From Candidatus Fervidifonticultor secundus (GTDB taxonomy: Bacteria; Sysuimicrobiota; Sysuimicrobiia; Sysuimicrobiales; Humicultoraceae): a stretch of 64,000 nucleotides of DNA. Position 1 is the first letter of the stretch. Each line of letters opens with the position of its first letter. Location of the stretch: contig JAVKIP010000014.1 of NCBI GenBank assembly GCA_031459385.1, positions 13,717 to 77,716 of the forward strand. Reading direction: 5' to 3'. Shown here piece after piece: positions 1-9,425 of this stretch. The position numbers and the translations under genes were made by a program. Below the pieces are notes generated by a model that saw nothing but the letters and a program-made list of their open reading frames with translations, had not been told where the DNA came from and searched no databases.

Positions 1-2
1 AG

Positions 3-146
3 GAGTTCAATGCGGTCGTGGCCGCGCTCGACGGCGAGATCGCGGCGCTGCACGAGGCCGCCCCGGGCGCAGGCGAGCTGCCGCAGGAGGGTGCGCCGCG
101 CCTGGCCACCGGCCCGGGGGAGCGTCGGCTGGAGGGCGGTCCGTGA
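3..146 (+). CDS. 3' end of a gene running into the window, probably V/A-type ATPase subunit A
   Basis: Open frame EFNAVVAALDGEIAAL... ends in a TGA overlapping the GTG of subunit B; A-B-D is the usual gene order. Confidence 0.6.
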   Translation, partial: EFNAVVAALDGEIAALHEAAPGAGELPQEGAPRLATGPGERRLEGGP

Positions 147-1534
147 CCGGCCCGGTGCTGACCTACCGCACGGTCTCTCGGCTGTCGGGTCCGCTGGTCT
201 TCGTCCGCGGGGTGCGCCAGGCCACCTACGGCGCGGTGGTGGAGCTGATCCTCGACGATGGCACGCGTCGGCGCGGCCAGATCATCGACGCCTCGGGCGA
301 GCTGTCGTGCGTGCAGGTCTTCGAGACCACCGAGGGGCTCGATGTGCGCACCACGGCCGTGCAGCTCGGCGAGGCGCAGGTGCTGGTGGAGGTGACGCGC
401 CGCTGCCTGGGGCGGGCCTTCACCGGTATCGGTCTGCCGCTGGACGGCCTGCCGCCCGTGGTGCCCGACCGCCTGGTGCCTGCGGCCGGGGCGCCGCTCA
501 ACCCTTACGCACGGGAGGAGCCGGCAGAGTGCATCCAGACCGGCCTGTCGGTCATCGACGGCATGAACACGCTGGTGCGGGGGCAGAAGCTGCCCATCTT
601 CTCGGGGGCCGGGCTGCCGGCGCACGAGGTGGCGGCCCAGATCATCGAGCACGCGCAGTTGCCCGGCGGCGAGCCCTTTGCCGTCATCTTCGCCGGCATC
701 GGCATCACCGGCCGCGAGGCGGAGTTCTTCCTGGAGACCTTCGAGCAGTCCGGTGCCCGCGAGCGCACGGCGCTCTACCTGAACCGTGCCGACGATCCCG
801 CGGTGGAGCGGTTGCTGGTGCCGCGATTCGCGCTGGCGCTGGCGGAGCACCTTGCGTTCGACCTGGAGATGCACGTGCTGGTGGTACTGGCGGATATGAC
901 GGCCTACTGCGAGGCGCTGCGGCAGGTGGCGCTGGCACGGCGCGAGGTGCCAGGCCGGCGCGGCTTTCCCGGGTTCATGTACACCGACCTGGCCACGATC
1001 TACGAGCGGGCCGGCCGCATCAAGGGACGGGGCGGTTCCCTCACCCAGGTGCCAATCCTCACCATGCCCGATGACGACATCACCCACCCCATTCCCGACC
1101 TCACCGGGTATGTCACCGAGGGCCAGATCGTGCTGAGCCGCGATCTGCACCGCCGCGAGATCTTCCCCCCGGTGGACGTGCTGCCATGCCTGTCGCGGCT
1201 GATGCACCTGGGCATCGGGCCCGGCAAGACCCGCGAGGACCACAAGGCCCTCTCCAATCAGCTGTATGCCGCCTATGCCCGTGGGGTCGACGCGCGCCGG
1301 TTGCGCGACATCGTGGGTGCCGATGCCTTGAGCGAGCTCGACCGCACCTACCTGGCCTTCGCCGAGGAGTTCGAGGAGCGCTTCATCGGGCAGGGGCGCC
1401 AGCCACGCACGCTCGTCGAGACCCTGGACCTGGGCTGGGAGCTGCTGCGCCGGCTGCCGCGCGCCGAATTGAGCCGCATCGACCAGCGGCTGCTCCAGCG
1501 CTATCTCGGCTCCGCCGGGCCCGCGGCGCCGTGA
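143..1534 (+). CDS. atpB: V/A-type ATP synthase subunit B
   Basis: Motifs GQKLPIFSGAGLP, REVPGRRGFPGFMYTDLATIYERAGR, DDITHPIPDLTGYVTEGQI. Confidence 0.97.
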   Translation: MTGPVLTYRTVSRLSGPLVFVRGVRQATYGAVVELILDDGTRRRGQIIDASGELSCVQVFETTEGLDVRTTAVQLGEAQVLVEVTRRCLGRAFTGIGLPLDGLPPVVPDRLVPAAGAPLNPYAREEPAECIQTGLSVIDGMNTLVRGQKLPIFSGAGLPAHEVAAQIIEHAQLPGGEPFAVIFAGIGITGREAEFFLETFEQSGARERTALYLNRADDPAVERLLVPRFALALAEHLAFDLEMHVLVVLADMTAYCEALRQVALARREVPGRRGFPGFMYTDLATIYERAGRIKGRGGSLTQVPILTMPDDDITHPIPDLTGYVTEGQIVLSRDLHRREIFPPVDVLPCLSRLMHLGIGPGKTREDHKALSNQLYAAYARGVDARRLRDIVGADALSELDRTYLAFAEEFEERFIGQGRQPRTLVETLDLGWELLRRLPRAELSRIDQRLLQRYLGSAGPAAP

Positions 1535-2157
1535 AGCGGACCCGCACGGCCCTGCTGGCGGCGCGGGCGGCGCACGCGCTGGCTGCCCGCGGCCAGGAGG
1601 TCCTCGCCCGCAAGCGTGACGCGTTGCTGCAGGAGATGCTGCGCAGCGCCCGCGAGGTGCTGGCGGCGCGCCAGGATCTCGCGGCCCTGGCCGCCGAGGC
1701 AGTGACGGCGCTGGCGGCGGCCCGCGGGCACGAGGGTCCGGACGGCCTGCGGTCCGCCGCGGCCGCAGCGACGCGCGAGGTGCTGGTCGATGTGGAGGTG
1801 CGCAACGTCTGGGGCGTCCGGGTGCCGACGGTGCACACGGCGCCCGTGGTCCGGCGGCCGGCCGACCGGGGCTATGGCCTGCTGGGCACGTCGGCCAGCG
1901 TCGACGACGCCGCCGAGGCCTTCGAGCGCCTGGTGGGGGTGGCGCTCGAGCACGCGCCGCGCGAGGTACGGCTGCGCCGTCTGGCTGCCGAGATCCGCAG
2001 GACGGGCCGGAAGGTGAACACGCTGCAATACGTGCTGATCCCCCGCCTGGCGCGGGAGGAACGCACCATCGCAGGCGCGCTGGACGAACAGGAGCGCGAA
2101 GACCTCTTCCGGCTACAGCTCTTAGGGCAGGAGGGCCTGGACCCATCGACGCGGTGA
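1531..2157 (+). CDS. atpD: V/A-type ATP synthase subunit D
   Basis: GTG at 1531 overlaps the B stop; LARKRDAL, NVWGVRVP, EIRRTGRKVNTLQYVLIP, LDEQEREDLFRL. Confidence 0.92.
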   Translation: MKRTRTALLAARAAHALAARGQEVLARKRDALLQEMLRSAREVLAARQDLAALAAEAVTALAAARGHEGPDGLRSAAAAATREVLVDVEVRNVWGVRVPTVHTAPVVRRPADRGYGLLGTSASVDDAAEAFERLVGVALEHAPREVRLRRLAAEIRRTGRKVNTLQYVLIPRLAREERTIAGALDEQEREDLFRLQLLGQEGLDPSTR

Positions 2158-3512
2158 CCCGGTTCCCCGACGATGCCGCGGGCGTCCGCTGGCTGATCCG
2201 CGTACGGTGGCTGGCGGCGGCGGCCGTAGCTCTGGCGGCGGCGGCGCTGCCTGCGGCCGCCGCGCGGGCCGGTGTCCCGCTGGCTGGCAGGACGGGCCCG
2301 ATAGCCGCCCTGGCCGTCGCCATCGCCGCCTACAACGCGGTCTTCTGGCTGCGGTGGCGGCGCCGGCGGGCGGTGACCCGCGCCGACACGCACCCCACCG
2401 TCGTGGCGCAGATCGCCCTGGACCTGGTGGCGCTGTCGGCACTGCTCCACGCCAGCGGCACGGTCGAGAACCCGCTGATCGTCGCCTACGTCTTCCACGT
2501 GGTCATCGCGGCCACGCTGCTCTCGCCGCGCGCCGCGTTCCTGACCGCGGGCGCGGGCCTGCTCCTGGCCGGGAGCCTGAGCCTGGCGGAGATGACCGAC
2601 CTCCTCCCGCACCGGCCGCTGGTGCGCCTGCTCCCCTCCGACCTGTACCGTCGCCCCGCGTACGTGGGCAACATACTGCTGTCGCTGCTGGTGCTGCTGG
2701 CCACCACAGCGTACATCACCGCCACCATCGCGCGGCGGCTGGCCGACCGCGAGCGGGCGCTGGCTGCGGCCACCGACCTGCTGGCCGCGTCCGAGCGGCG
2801 CAAGTCGCAGTACGTGCTCATGCTCGCCCACACCGTCGACACCGCGCTGGGCGATGCGCGCCAGGCGCTGGCGGTGGTCGATGGCCAGATGCGGGGAGAG
2901 GTCTCCGAGCGTGCGCGGGCCATGCTGGCACGCGTGCAGACCTGGCTGGCGGGGCTGGAGACGTTCGTGCGCGACGTGCTGGATCTCTCGAGCCTCAGGG
3001 CGGCCGGCGACCTGCCCCGGTCGCACGTCTACGTGCCGCGGGTGCTGTACGAGGCCGTCAGCGATCTGCGCGACGTCGCGGCGGAGCGCGGGTGCGTTCT
3101 CGATGTGCAGGTCCCCGCCCGCGTGCCCCCGGTCTTCGCCAACGGGCCGGCGCTACTGCAGGCGCTGCGCAACCTGCTGCGCAACGCCGTGGTCTTCGGC
3201 CGCCCCGGCGGGCGGGTGGTGGCCCGCATCGAGGTCGATGCCGACCGCCTGCGCGTGGTCGTGGCCGACGACGGGCCGGGCATCGCGCCCGAGGATCTGC
3301 CCTTCATCTTCGACGAGTTCTACCGCGCCGAGCGCACGCGCCACCTGGTGCCGGGCCGCGGCCTGGGCCTGGCCATCGTGAAGTACGTGGCCGAGATCCA
3401 CGGGGGCGACGTGACGGTCTCCACGCGCGTCGGGGAAGGGAGCACGTTCACCCTGACCCTGCCCGTGGCCCCAGCCGAGGCCGCCGGGAGCGCTGCGGCC
3501 GCGTCCCCGTAG
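2154..3512 (+). CDS. Membrane sensor histidine kinase (HisKA/HATPase_c), no adjacent response regulator
   Basis: Several N-terminal TM helices; N box NLLRNA, G1 DDGPGI, F box FDEFYR, G2 GRGLGLAIV; atypical H box LAHTVDTAL. Confidence 0.88.
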   Translation: MTRFPDDAAGVRWLIRVRWLAAAAVALAAAALPAAAARAGVPLAGRTGPIAALAVAIAAYNAVFWLRWRRRRAVTRADTHPTVVAQIALDLVALSALLHASGTVENPLIVAYVFHVVIAATLLSPRAAFLTAGAGLLLAGSLSLAEMTDLLPHRPLVRLLPSDLYRRPAYVGNILLSLLVLLATTAYITATIARRLADRERALAAATDLLAASERRKSQYVLMLAHTVDTALGDARQALAVVDGQMRGEVSERARAMLARVQTWLAGLETFVRDVLDLSSLRAAGDLPRSHVYVPRVLYEAVSDLRDVAAERGCVLDVQVPARVPPVFANGPALLQALRNLLRNAVVFGRPGGRVVARIEVDADRLRVVVADDGPGIAPEDLPFIFDEFYRAERTRHLVPGRGLGLAIVKYVAEIHGGDVTVSTRVGEGSTFTLTLPVAPAEAAGSAAAASP

Positions 3513-3556
3513 GCGGCACCGCCGGGAGGGCCGCGGCCGCGTCCCCGCAGGCGTCA
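3481..3556. repeat. 38-bp tandem duplication (2 copies, 34/38 identical) at the junction of two convergent genes
   Basis: ccgccgggagcgctgcggccgcgtccccgtaggcggca / ccgccgggagggccgcggccgcgtccccgcaggcgtca. Confidence 0.9.
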
Positions 3557-4039
3557 CCGCTTCCTGCTCAGCAGGTTCTCCAGGAACTCCTCGTGCCGCA
3601 CCTCGTCGGCGAGCAGCTCCGTGGCCAGCTGGTAGGTGACGGGATCCTTGCCGAAGGTCATGGTGGCCAGGCGCTGGTAGGCCTGGATCGCCGCGGCCTC
3701 GGCCTTGAGCTGGTCGGCGACCATGCCGTCGGCGTCGGCCCGGTCCTGGCGCGGCGCGGTCCACGGGCCGTTGGCGCCCTGCTCCCAGGCGGCCGGGGGC
3801 ACGACGGGATCGCCGCCCAGCTCAAGGATGCGGTTGGCCAGCTTCTCCGCGTGGCCCAGTTCGTCGCGGGCTTCGTCCTTGAAGTGCTCGGTCAGCTCCT
3901 CGCCGTGCCACCCTTCGGCCACCAGCGCAGTGATCCAGTAGGAGTAGAACGCCAGCAGCTCATCCAGGTAGGCTTTCCGCAGCTCGGCGATCAGGTCGTC
4001 GACGTCCAGCTCGACGATCGCACGTCCGGTCTGTCCCAT
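3554..4039 (-). CDS. Ferritin-like DPS-like (DPSL) protein
   Basis: ATG 4039 after GGAGGAGG; MGQTGRAIV...KAYLDEL, DELGHAEKLANRILELGG, KDPVTY, DEVRHEE ferroxidase motifs. Confidence 0.88.
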   Translation of the reverse strand: MGQTGRAIVELDVDDLIAELRKAYLDELLAFYSYWITALVAEGWHGEELTEHFKDEARDELGHAEKLANRILELGGDPVVPPAAWEQGANGPWTAPRQDRADADGMVADQLKAEAAAIQAYQRLATMTFGKDPVTYQLATELLADEVRHEEFLENLLSRKR

Positions 4040-4112
4040 CGTTTCCTCCTCCTTGCGGTGGCATTGGACACGCGCGGCGCAGCCTGTATGCCCTGCCCCA
4101 CGCGCGCGATGG

Positions 4113-4466
4113 CTACGCGCCCACGAACCCCTCGACGGGCACCAGGCGCTTCGCGACAGGATCGACTGCCAGGAACAGGCTCTCCAGGGCCACGGCACCC
4201 AGCAGCGGAGGACCACCGGGCGCCACGAAGCAGGGCGTGGTGACTTCCTGCCCGTTCAGTGCCAGCCGGACCTCCGCCACCGGCCACACCTCCCGCCGCC
4301 CGCCGGCCACGACCACCGGCTGCTGCCGGGTGGGGCGCAGGCCCAGTCGGTCTGCCAGGTCGCGTGGGACGACCAGCAGGGTGGCGCCGGTATCCACCAG
4401 CAGGTCCGCGTCTTCGGCGACGCCCGTCGGCCCGGTGAGGCGCGCGGTGACGCGAAAGAGTCCCAT
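4113..4466 (-). CDS. Clan AA (retropepsin-like) aspartic protease
   Basis: LVDTGAT catalytic motif and C-terminal LLGAVALESL. Confidence 0.88.
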   Translation of the reverse strand: MGLFRVTARLTGPTGVAEDADLLVDTGATLLVVPRDLADRLGLRPTRQQPVVVAGGRREVWPVAEVRLALNGQEVTTPCFVAPGGPPLLGAVALESLFLAVDPVAKRLVPVEGFVGA

Positions 4467-4472
4467 ATTTTT

Positions 4473-4481
4473 ATAATAGCA
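4473..4481 (-). promoter_or_regulatory. Extended -10 (TG-C-TATTAT) 6 nt before the ATG; probably a leaderless promoter
   Basis: Minus strand reads TGCTATTATAAAAATATG, with no Shine-Dalgarno. Confidence 0.7.
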
Positions 4482-4538
4482 TCCCGCAACGGCCGCTGAG
4501 CGAGGGCGCTACCAGGGCCTCCAGGATCGCCTCGGGGG

Positions 4539-5513
4539 TCACGCCCGACCTGCGGCCGCAGGCAGCAGGCGTCGGAGCATGATGACCAGGACCAGGATCA
4601 CGCCCCACAGGGCATTGGCCAGGTGGGCGCTGAACCCCATGAGGTTGAAGCCGGTGGCGACCACCTGCAGAATCGCCACCGCCACCACCAGCCCGGTCAC
4701 CGTGCCCGCACCGCCCGAGGGGTCCACGCCGCCGAGCACGGCGATGAGGACCGTCAGCAGCAGGAACGACGATCCGTAGTCGGCCTGAGCGGCGTTGAAT
4801 CGGGCGATGAGCAGCAGACCGGCCACGCCGGCCAGGAAGCCCGAGGCGAGGTACGTGCGGAAGAGCATCGCCGCCACGTCGATGCCGGAGAAACGGGTGG
4901 CCGTGGGATTGGACCCCAGCAGGTACGCCACCACGCCGAACGGGGTGCGGGTCAGCGTCACTGCCAGAACCGCCGCCCCGGTGGCGAAGAGCAGGAAGGG
5001 TACCGGGATCCCCAGCAACGAGCCGCCGCCAAGGAAGAGGAAGGGTTCGGGGAAACCGGCTAGCACCGCCCCGCGCGTGACGGCCAGAGCGAAGCCTTTG
5101 ACGAAGATCATAGACGCCAGCGTGGTGATGATGGGGGGGACCTCCAGGTACGCCACGATGCCGCCGTTGACGGCCCCCACGGCGAGCGCGGCGGCCAGCC
5201 CCAGGACCACGGCCACGGGCGTCGCATGCCAGAAGGCCCCCTGCTTGAGCACGTAGGCGGCCGCGATGCCGGCGAGGTTGGCGGTGGAGATGATGGAGAG
5301 GTCGATGCCGCCGGTGAGCATGGGCAGCAGCTGCGCCAGCGTCAGCATGCCCAGCAGCGGCATCTGGACCGCCATGGATGCCAGGCTGTCCAGCGTCAGG
5401 AGCCGCCCGTCGGTGACGGCTGCCAGGAACACGGTCACCACCGCCAGCACCAGGCCCAGGATGGCCAGCTCGCCGTAGCGGGCCGTCCAGGATGCCGGCG
5501 GGCTACGCCACAT
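4539..5513 (-). CDS. Monosaccharide ABC transporter permease (CUT2/RbsC-like)
   Basis: GGIDLS, IITTLAS, GSNPTATRFSGI, VLGGVDPSGGAG. Confidence 0.92.
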   Translation of the reverse strand: MWRSPPASWTARYGELAILGLVLAVVTVFLAAVTDGRLLTLDSLASMAVQMPLLGMLTLAQLLPMLTGGIDLSIISTANLAGIAAAYVLKQGAFWHATPVAVVLGLAAALAVGAVNGGIVAYLEVPPIITTLASMIFVKGFALAVTRGAVLAGFPEPFLFLGGGSLLGIPVPFLLFATGAAVLAVTLTRTPFGVVAYLLGSNPTATRFSGIDVAAMLFRTYLASGFLAGVAGLLLIARFNAAQADYGSSFLLLTVLIAVLGGVDPSGGAGTVTGLVVAVAILQVVATGFNLMGFSAHLANALWGVILVLVIMLRRLLPAAAGRA

Positions 5514-6513
5514 GGATCCGTACCGCGCGCTCGCGCCGCCGGCGCTCCTGGGCGGCGGTGATCGCCGCCGCGGCGGCGATCAGGAGCCCGATGACCGCAT
5601 CGTGCCAGTAAGAGGAGATCCGCAGCAGAATGAGCCCGTTGCGAATCACGGCGATGAGCAGCACGCCCAGGATCGTGCCGGCCACGGTCCCTGAGCCCCC
5701 GAAGACGCTGGCACCGCCCAGCACCGCGGCGGCTAAGACGTCCAGCTCGCGCCCCACGATGGCGTTGGGCTGGATGATCTGTGCCAGCTGGGCCTGGACG
5801 AAACCGCCCAGCCCCGCCAGCAGGCCCATGTACGCGTAGACGAAGAGCCGCAGGCGGAAGATCGGAAACCCGGCCCGGCGCGCGGCTTCCGCGTTGCCCC
5901 CCAGGGCGTAGATGCGGCGGCCCACGACCAGGAAGTTCAGGACGAGCCAGGTGAGGAGTGCGGCCGCGGCCCAGAAGATGATGGGCGTCGAGAGGCCGTA
6001 CACGGCGCCGTCGGGATTCATGAACCGGACGAGCTTGTACTGCGCGAACTCCTGAAAGGCCATGGGCAGGTCGGTGATCCAGGTGCCGCCGGTGAAGAAG
6101 ATCAGCAGGCCGTAGAAGGTGCTCAGGGTGGCGATGGTGATGATCACGGGATGCACGCGCGCGTAGTGGATCAGCACGCCGTTGGCGGCCCCCAGCGCCA
6201 GCCCGATGGGGAGCGGGATGAGCAGCGCCACCAGCACGGGCTCCGTCGCCCGCGTGGTGATCAACAGCCCCATGAGGTACTGCGCCACCGTCGCCGTGGC
6301 TGTGAACGACACGTCGATCCCGCCGGAGATGAGGACGACCAGCTGGCCCAGCGCCACGATCCCCAGGAACGCGTTGTTCCGCAGCACGTCGAAGGCGTTC
6401 TCGGCCGTGAGGAACTCGGGCCGGCCGGCGGTGACGATCGCCGAGAGCACGACCAGGACGGCCAGCAGGTAAGTCTCGGGACGCCGCCCCAGCCGCCGGA
6501 GCGCGTCGCGCAT
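5503..6513 (-). CDS. Monosaccharide ABC transporter permease (CUT2/RbsC-like)
   Basis: SGGIDVSF, GGNAEAARRAG, ELDVLAAAVLGGAS. Confidence 0.93.
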   Translation of the reverse strand: MRDALRRLGRRPETYLLAVLVVLSAIVTAGRPEFLTAENAFDVLRNNAFLGIVALGQLVVLISGGIDVSFTATATVAQYLMGLLITTRATEPVLVALLIPLPIGLALGAANGVLIHYARVHPVIITIATLSTFYGLLIFFTGGTWITDLPMAFQEFAQYKLVRFMNPDGAVYGLSTPIIFWAAAALLTWLVLNFLVVGRRIYALGGNAEAARRAGFPIFRLRLFVYAYMGLLAGLGGFVQAQLAQIIQPNAIVGRELDVLAAAVLGGASVFGGSGTVAGTILGVLLIAVIRNGLILLRISSYWHDAVIGLLIAAAAAITAAQERRRRERAVRIHVA

Positions 6514-6518
6514 CGCCG

Positions 6519-8009
6519 TCAGGCGGTCAGCTGCCGGTGGAGGTCGGCCTCGCTGGCGGCCTCTCTGCCGACCTCGGCGACGATCCGGCCGTGCTTCATG
6601 ACCAGGATGCGATCACAGACCGCGAGGGCTTCGGCGACTTCCTCCGTGATGAGCAAGATGCCCACGCCGTCTTCGGCCAGCCGGTCGATGATGTCGTAGA
6701 CCACGGCCCTGGCGCCGACATCGATCCCTACCGTCGGGCCGTCGAGGACCAGGATGCGGGGCCGTGTGGACAGCCACTTGGCGATCACCACCTTCTGCTG
6801 GTTGCCGCCGGACAGGGCGCTGACCGGCTGCTCGATGGACGTCGTCCGGATGTCGAAGGCGCGCACGGCGGTGTCGCAGAAGGCGGCGGTCCGGCGCGGT
6901 GCGAGCAGCCGGCCGGGTCCGGTGAGGGCATCCAGGGCGGTGACGATGAGGTTGCTGCGTACCGGCTGCCGGGCCACGACGCCCTGTGCCAGACGGTCCT
7001 CGGGCACGTACGCGATACCCGCCCGGATCGCGTCGGCGTTGGTGCGCAGACGCACCGACCGTCCCTCGACGGCGATCTCTCCCGCGTCCGGCGGATTCAT
7101 GCCGAACAGCGCCAGCGCCAGCTCCGTCTTGCCGGACCCCAAAGGCCCGATCAGGCCCAGCACCTCGCCGCGGTGCAGGGTGAAGGTGACGTCCCTGAAG
7201 TGCCCGCGTCGGCCGAGCCCGCGCACGTCGAGCACGGCGGCGCCGATCGGGTGCCGCCCGGGACGCCGGCGAGCGGCGATCGTGCGTCCGGTCATGTACT
7301 GGACCAGGCGATCCCGGTCCACCTCGGACCGCGCGAAGGTGCCCACCCTGCGGCCGTCACGCAGGACGGTGATCCGTTGCGCGATCTCCAGCACCTCGTG
7401 CAGTTTGTGGCTGACGAACAGCGTGGCGATGCCGTGGGCCTGCAGATCCCGGAGGATGCCGACCAGACGGTCGACCTCTCGCTGCGTGAGGGACGCCGTG
7501 GGTTCGTCGGTGATCACCAGCCGGGCGTCGCTGGCCAGGGCCCGGCAGATCGCCACCAGCTGCTGGTCCGCGATCGGCAGCGTGCCCACCGGCGTCTCCA
7601 GCGGCAACGTGACCCCGACCCGCTCCAGGGCCGCCTGCGCGACGGCCGTGATCGCCCGCCAGTCGACGAGCCGGCGCCCGCCGGCGGCGACCCGGAGCAT
7701 GGCGATGTTCTCGGCGACGGACAGGTTGGGGAACAGCGCGAGGTCCTGGTGCACGACCTGGATCCCGCGGCGCAGCGCGTCGGCCGGGGTGAGCCCGCGC
7801 ACGCGCTCCCCGCCGATCTCCAGTTCGGCGCCCGGATCGGGAGACACCACACCCGTAATGATCTTGATCAGCGTGCTCTTGCCCGACCCGTTTTCCCCCA
7901 CCAGGCAGTGGATCTCCCCGGTGCGGATCTCCAGGTCCACGTCTTGAAGCGCCACGACCCCGCCGTAGCGCTTGCTGATGTGGCGCGCGTGGAGGAAGAC
8001 GTCCGTCAT
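6519..8009 (-). CDS. Monosaccharide ABC transporter ATP-binding protein (two NBDs, RbsA-like)
   Basis: Start MTDVFL at 8009; GENGSGKST, PEDR, LSGGNQQKV. Confidence 0.93.
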   Translation of the reverse strand: MTDVFLHARHISKRYGGVVALQDVDLEIRTGEIHCLVGENGSGKSTLIKIITGVVSPDPGAELEIGGERVRGLTPADALRRGIQVVHQDLALFPNLSVAENIAMLRVAAGGRRLVDWRAITAVAQAALERVGVTLPLETPVGTLPIADQQLVAICRALASDARLVITDEPTASLTQREVDRLVGILRDLQAHGIATLFVSHKLHEVLEIAQRITVLRDGRRVGTFARSEVDRDRLVQYMTGRTIAARRRPGRHPIGAAVLDVRGLGRRGHFRDVTFTLHRGEVLGLIGPLGSGKTELALALFGMNPPDAGEIAVEGRSVRLRTNADAIRAGIAYVPEDRLAQGVVARQPVRSNLIVTALDALTGPGRLLAPRRTAAFCDTAVRAFDIRTTSIEQPVSALSGGNQQKVVIAKWLSTRPRILVLDGPTVGIDVGARAVVYDIIDRLAEDGVGILLITEEVAEALAVCDRILVMKHGRIVAEVGREAASEADLHRQLTA

Positions 8010-8017
8010 CGAGAACG

Positions 8018-8046
8018 GAGGGGATGGGACCCGGGCCCATCCCCTC
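8018..8046. other. 11-bp perfect stem-loop between the SBP and ATPase genes
   Basis: gaggggatggg-acccggg-cccatcccctc. Confidence 0.6.
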
Positions 8047-8098
8047 GTCCATGCGCGATCGACACCGGCCGCGGTGCGGCGGACCCGGACCGACGGGC

Positions 8099-9133
8099 TC
8101 AGAAGCCCATCTTCCGTGCGTCGTCGGCGCTGCGCATCAGCAGGATCTTGTTGAAGCTGATGACCTTGCCCTTGATCGCCAGCTTGCCGAGGCCCGACAG
8201 CTCCAGGCCCGTGGCGAGCTTCGTCCCCTTGAGCATCTCGCTGGCCACCGCCACCATGCCGTAGCCGGCGTCCCGCGGGTCCCACAGCTGCGCCCACTTC
8301 ATGGACCCGTCGGCCAGGTACGCGACCGCCGACGAGGGAATGGCGCTGCCGCCCACGACCACCTTGTTCCTGAGTCCCTTCTCGCGGACCGCGGCCGCGG
8401 CGCCCAGCGGGCCCAGGCTGCCCCAGCCGATGACGGCGTGGAGCCTGTCACCGTAGGTCTTGGTCAGGTCCAGCACGGCCTTGCGCGAGTCGTCCACGCT
8501 CTCGGCGGTGGGGAGTCGCGAGGTCAGCTCCTTGAGGTACGGGTACTTTTCCCGGGCGTACTTCAACGCGACGTCGGCCCAGTAGTTGTGCAGGGGTACC
8601 GTCAGGCCGCCGACGAGCATGACGAACCCGCAGGGCGATGCCGTGGTGCACCGCACGCCAAGCTGCTTGAGACTGCGGTCCACCTCGTCGATGGCCAGCC
8701 GCCCATAGGCATCGCTGTCGATCATCTCGATATCGTAGTCGATGGCGGCCGTCTCGAAGGGTGACTCGTGGGTGAGGACCACGATCTTCTTCTCGCGAGC
8801 CCGGGTGAAGACCGGCGTCAGGGCCTTGGCGTCGGTGGGCACGACGGCGACGGCCCCGACGCCGCGGTTGACCATGTCTTCTACCATGGAGACCTGCGCC
8901 GCCGCGTCCGCGGTCGACGGCCCGACCTGCGACGCCTTCACGTTGAACTTGGGACCGGCTTCCTCGACCCCCTTGGCCATGCGATTGAACCAGGGGATGC
9001 CAGTGATCTTCACGACCACGACCACCTCTTTCTGAGGCTGGCCGACGGCCCGATAGACGGCAGTGGGGAGCACCAGTGCTGCGGTGAGGAGTACCGGCAG
9101 GACGACCGTGACGAGCGCCATCCGCACCTTCAT
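8099..9133 (-). CDS. Sugar ABC transporter substrate-binding protein (LsrB/RhaS-like)
   Basis: Signal peptide; VVKITGIPWFNRMAKGV, VLTHE, LWDPRDAGY. Confidence 0.9.
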   Translation of the reverse strand: MKVRMALVTVVLPVLLTAALVLPTAVYRAVGQPQKEVVVVVKITGIPWFNRMAKGVEEAGPKFNVKASQVGPSTADAAAQVSMVEDMVNRGVGAVAVVPTDAKALTPVFTRAREKKIVVLTHESPFETAAIDYDIEMIDSDAYGRLAIDEVDRSLKQLGVRCTTASPCGFVMLVGGLTVPLHNYWADVALKYAREKYPYLKELTSRLPTAESVDDSRKAVLDLTKTYGDRLHAVIGWGSLGPLGAAAAVREKGLRNKVVVGGSAIPSSAVAYLADGSMKWAQLWDPRDAGYGMVAVASEMLKGTKLATGLELSGLGKLAIKGKVISFNKILLMRSADDARKMGF

Positions 9134-9243
9134 CTGCCCTTCCTCCTTTCCCGGCGGTGTCCGCACCCCGGGGGTTCGATGACGGCGACGAGAAACTCCT
9201 CCCCGTCACGTCCTCAGCGTAGGCGCCGCCGCGCGGCCGGACC

Positions 9244-9261
9244 ATCCGGCGCGGGCCCGAT
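9244..9261. promoter_or_regulatory. Palindromic regulon box upstream of the sugar ABC operon
   Basis: ATCCGG-cgcggg-CCCGAT; minus-strand -10 TACGCT (9221-9216) 22 nt away. Confidence 0.75.
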
Positions 9262-9425
9262 TCGGGGGCGTCCGCCGCGCGGCCGGCCACGGGACGGCGC
9301 CAACGCCAGCGGCGCCTGGTGACTGCCGGATGTCCAAAGCGCGGCGGGGGGCGCCGGGCCCGGGTCCCACCTTGGGGGCCGGCCCGGTCGGCGGGAGCGC
9401 CGCAGCCCGGCGCCCAGCGTCGGGC

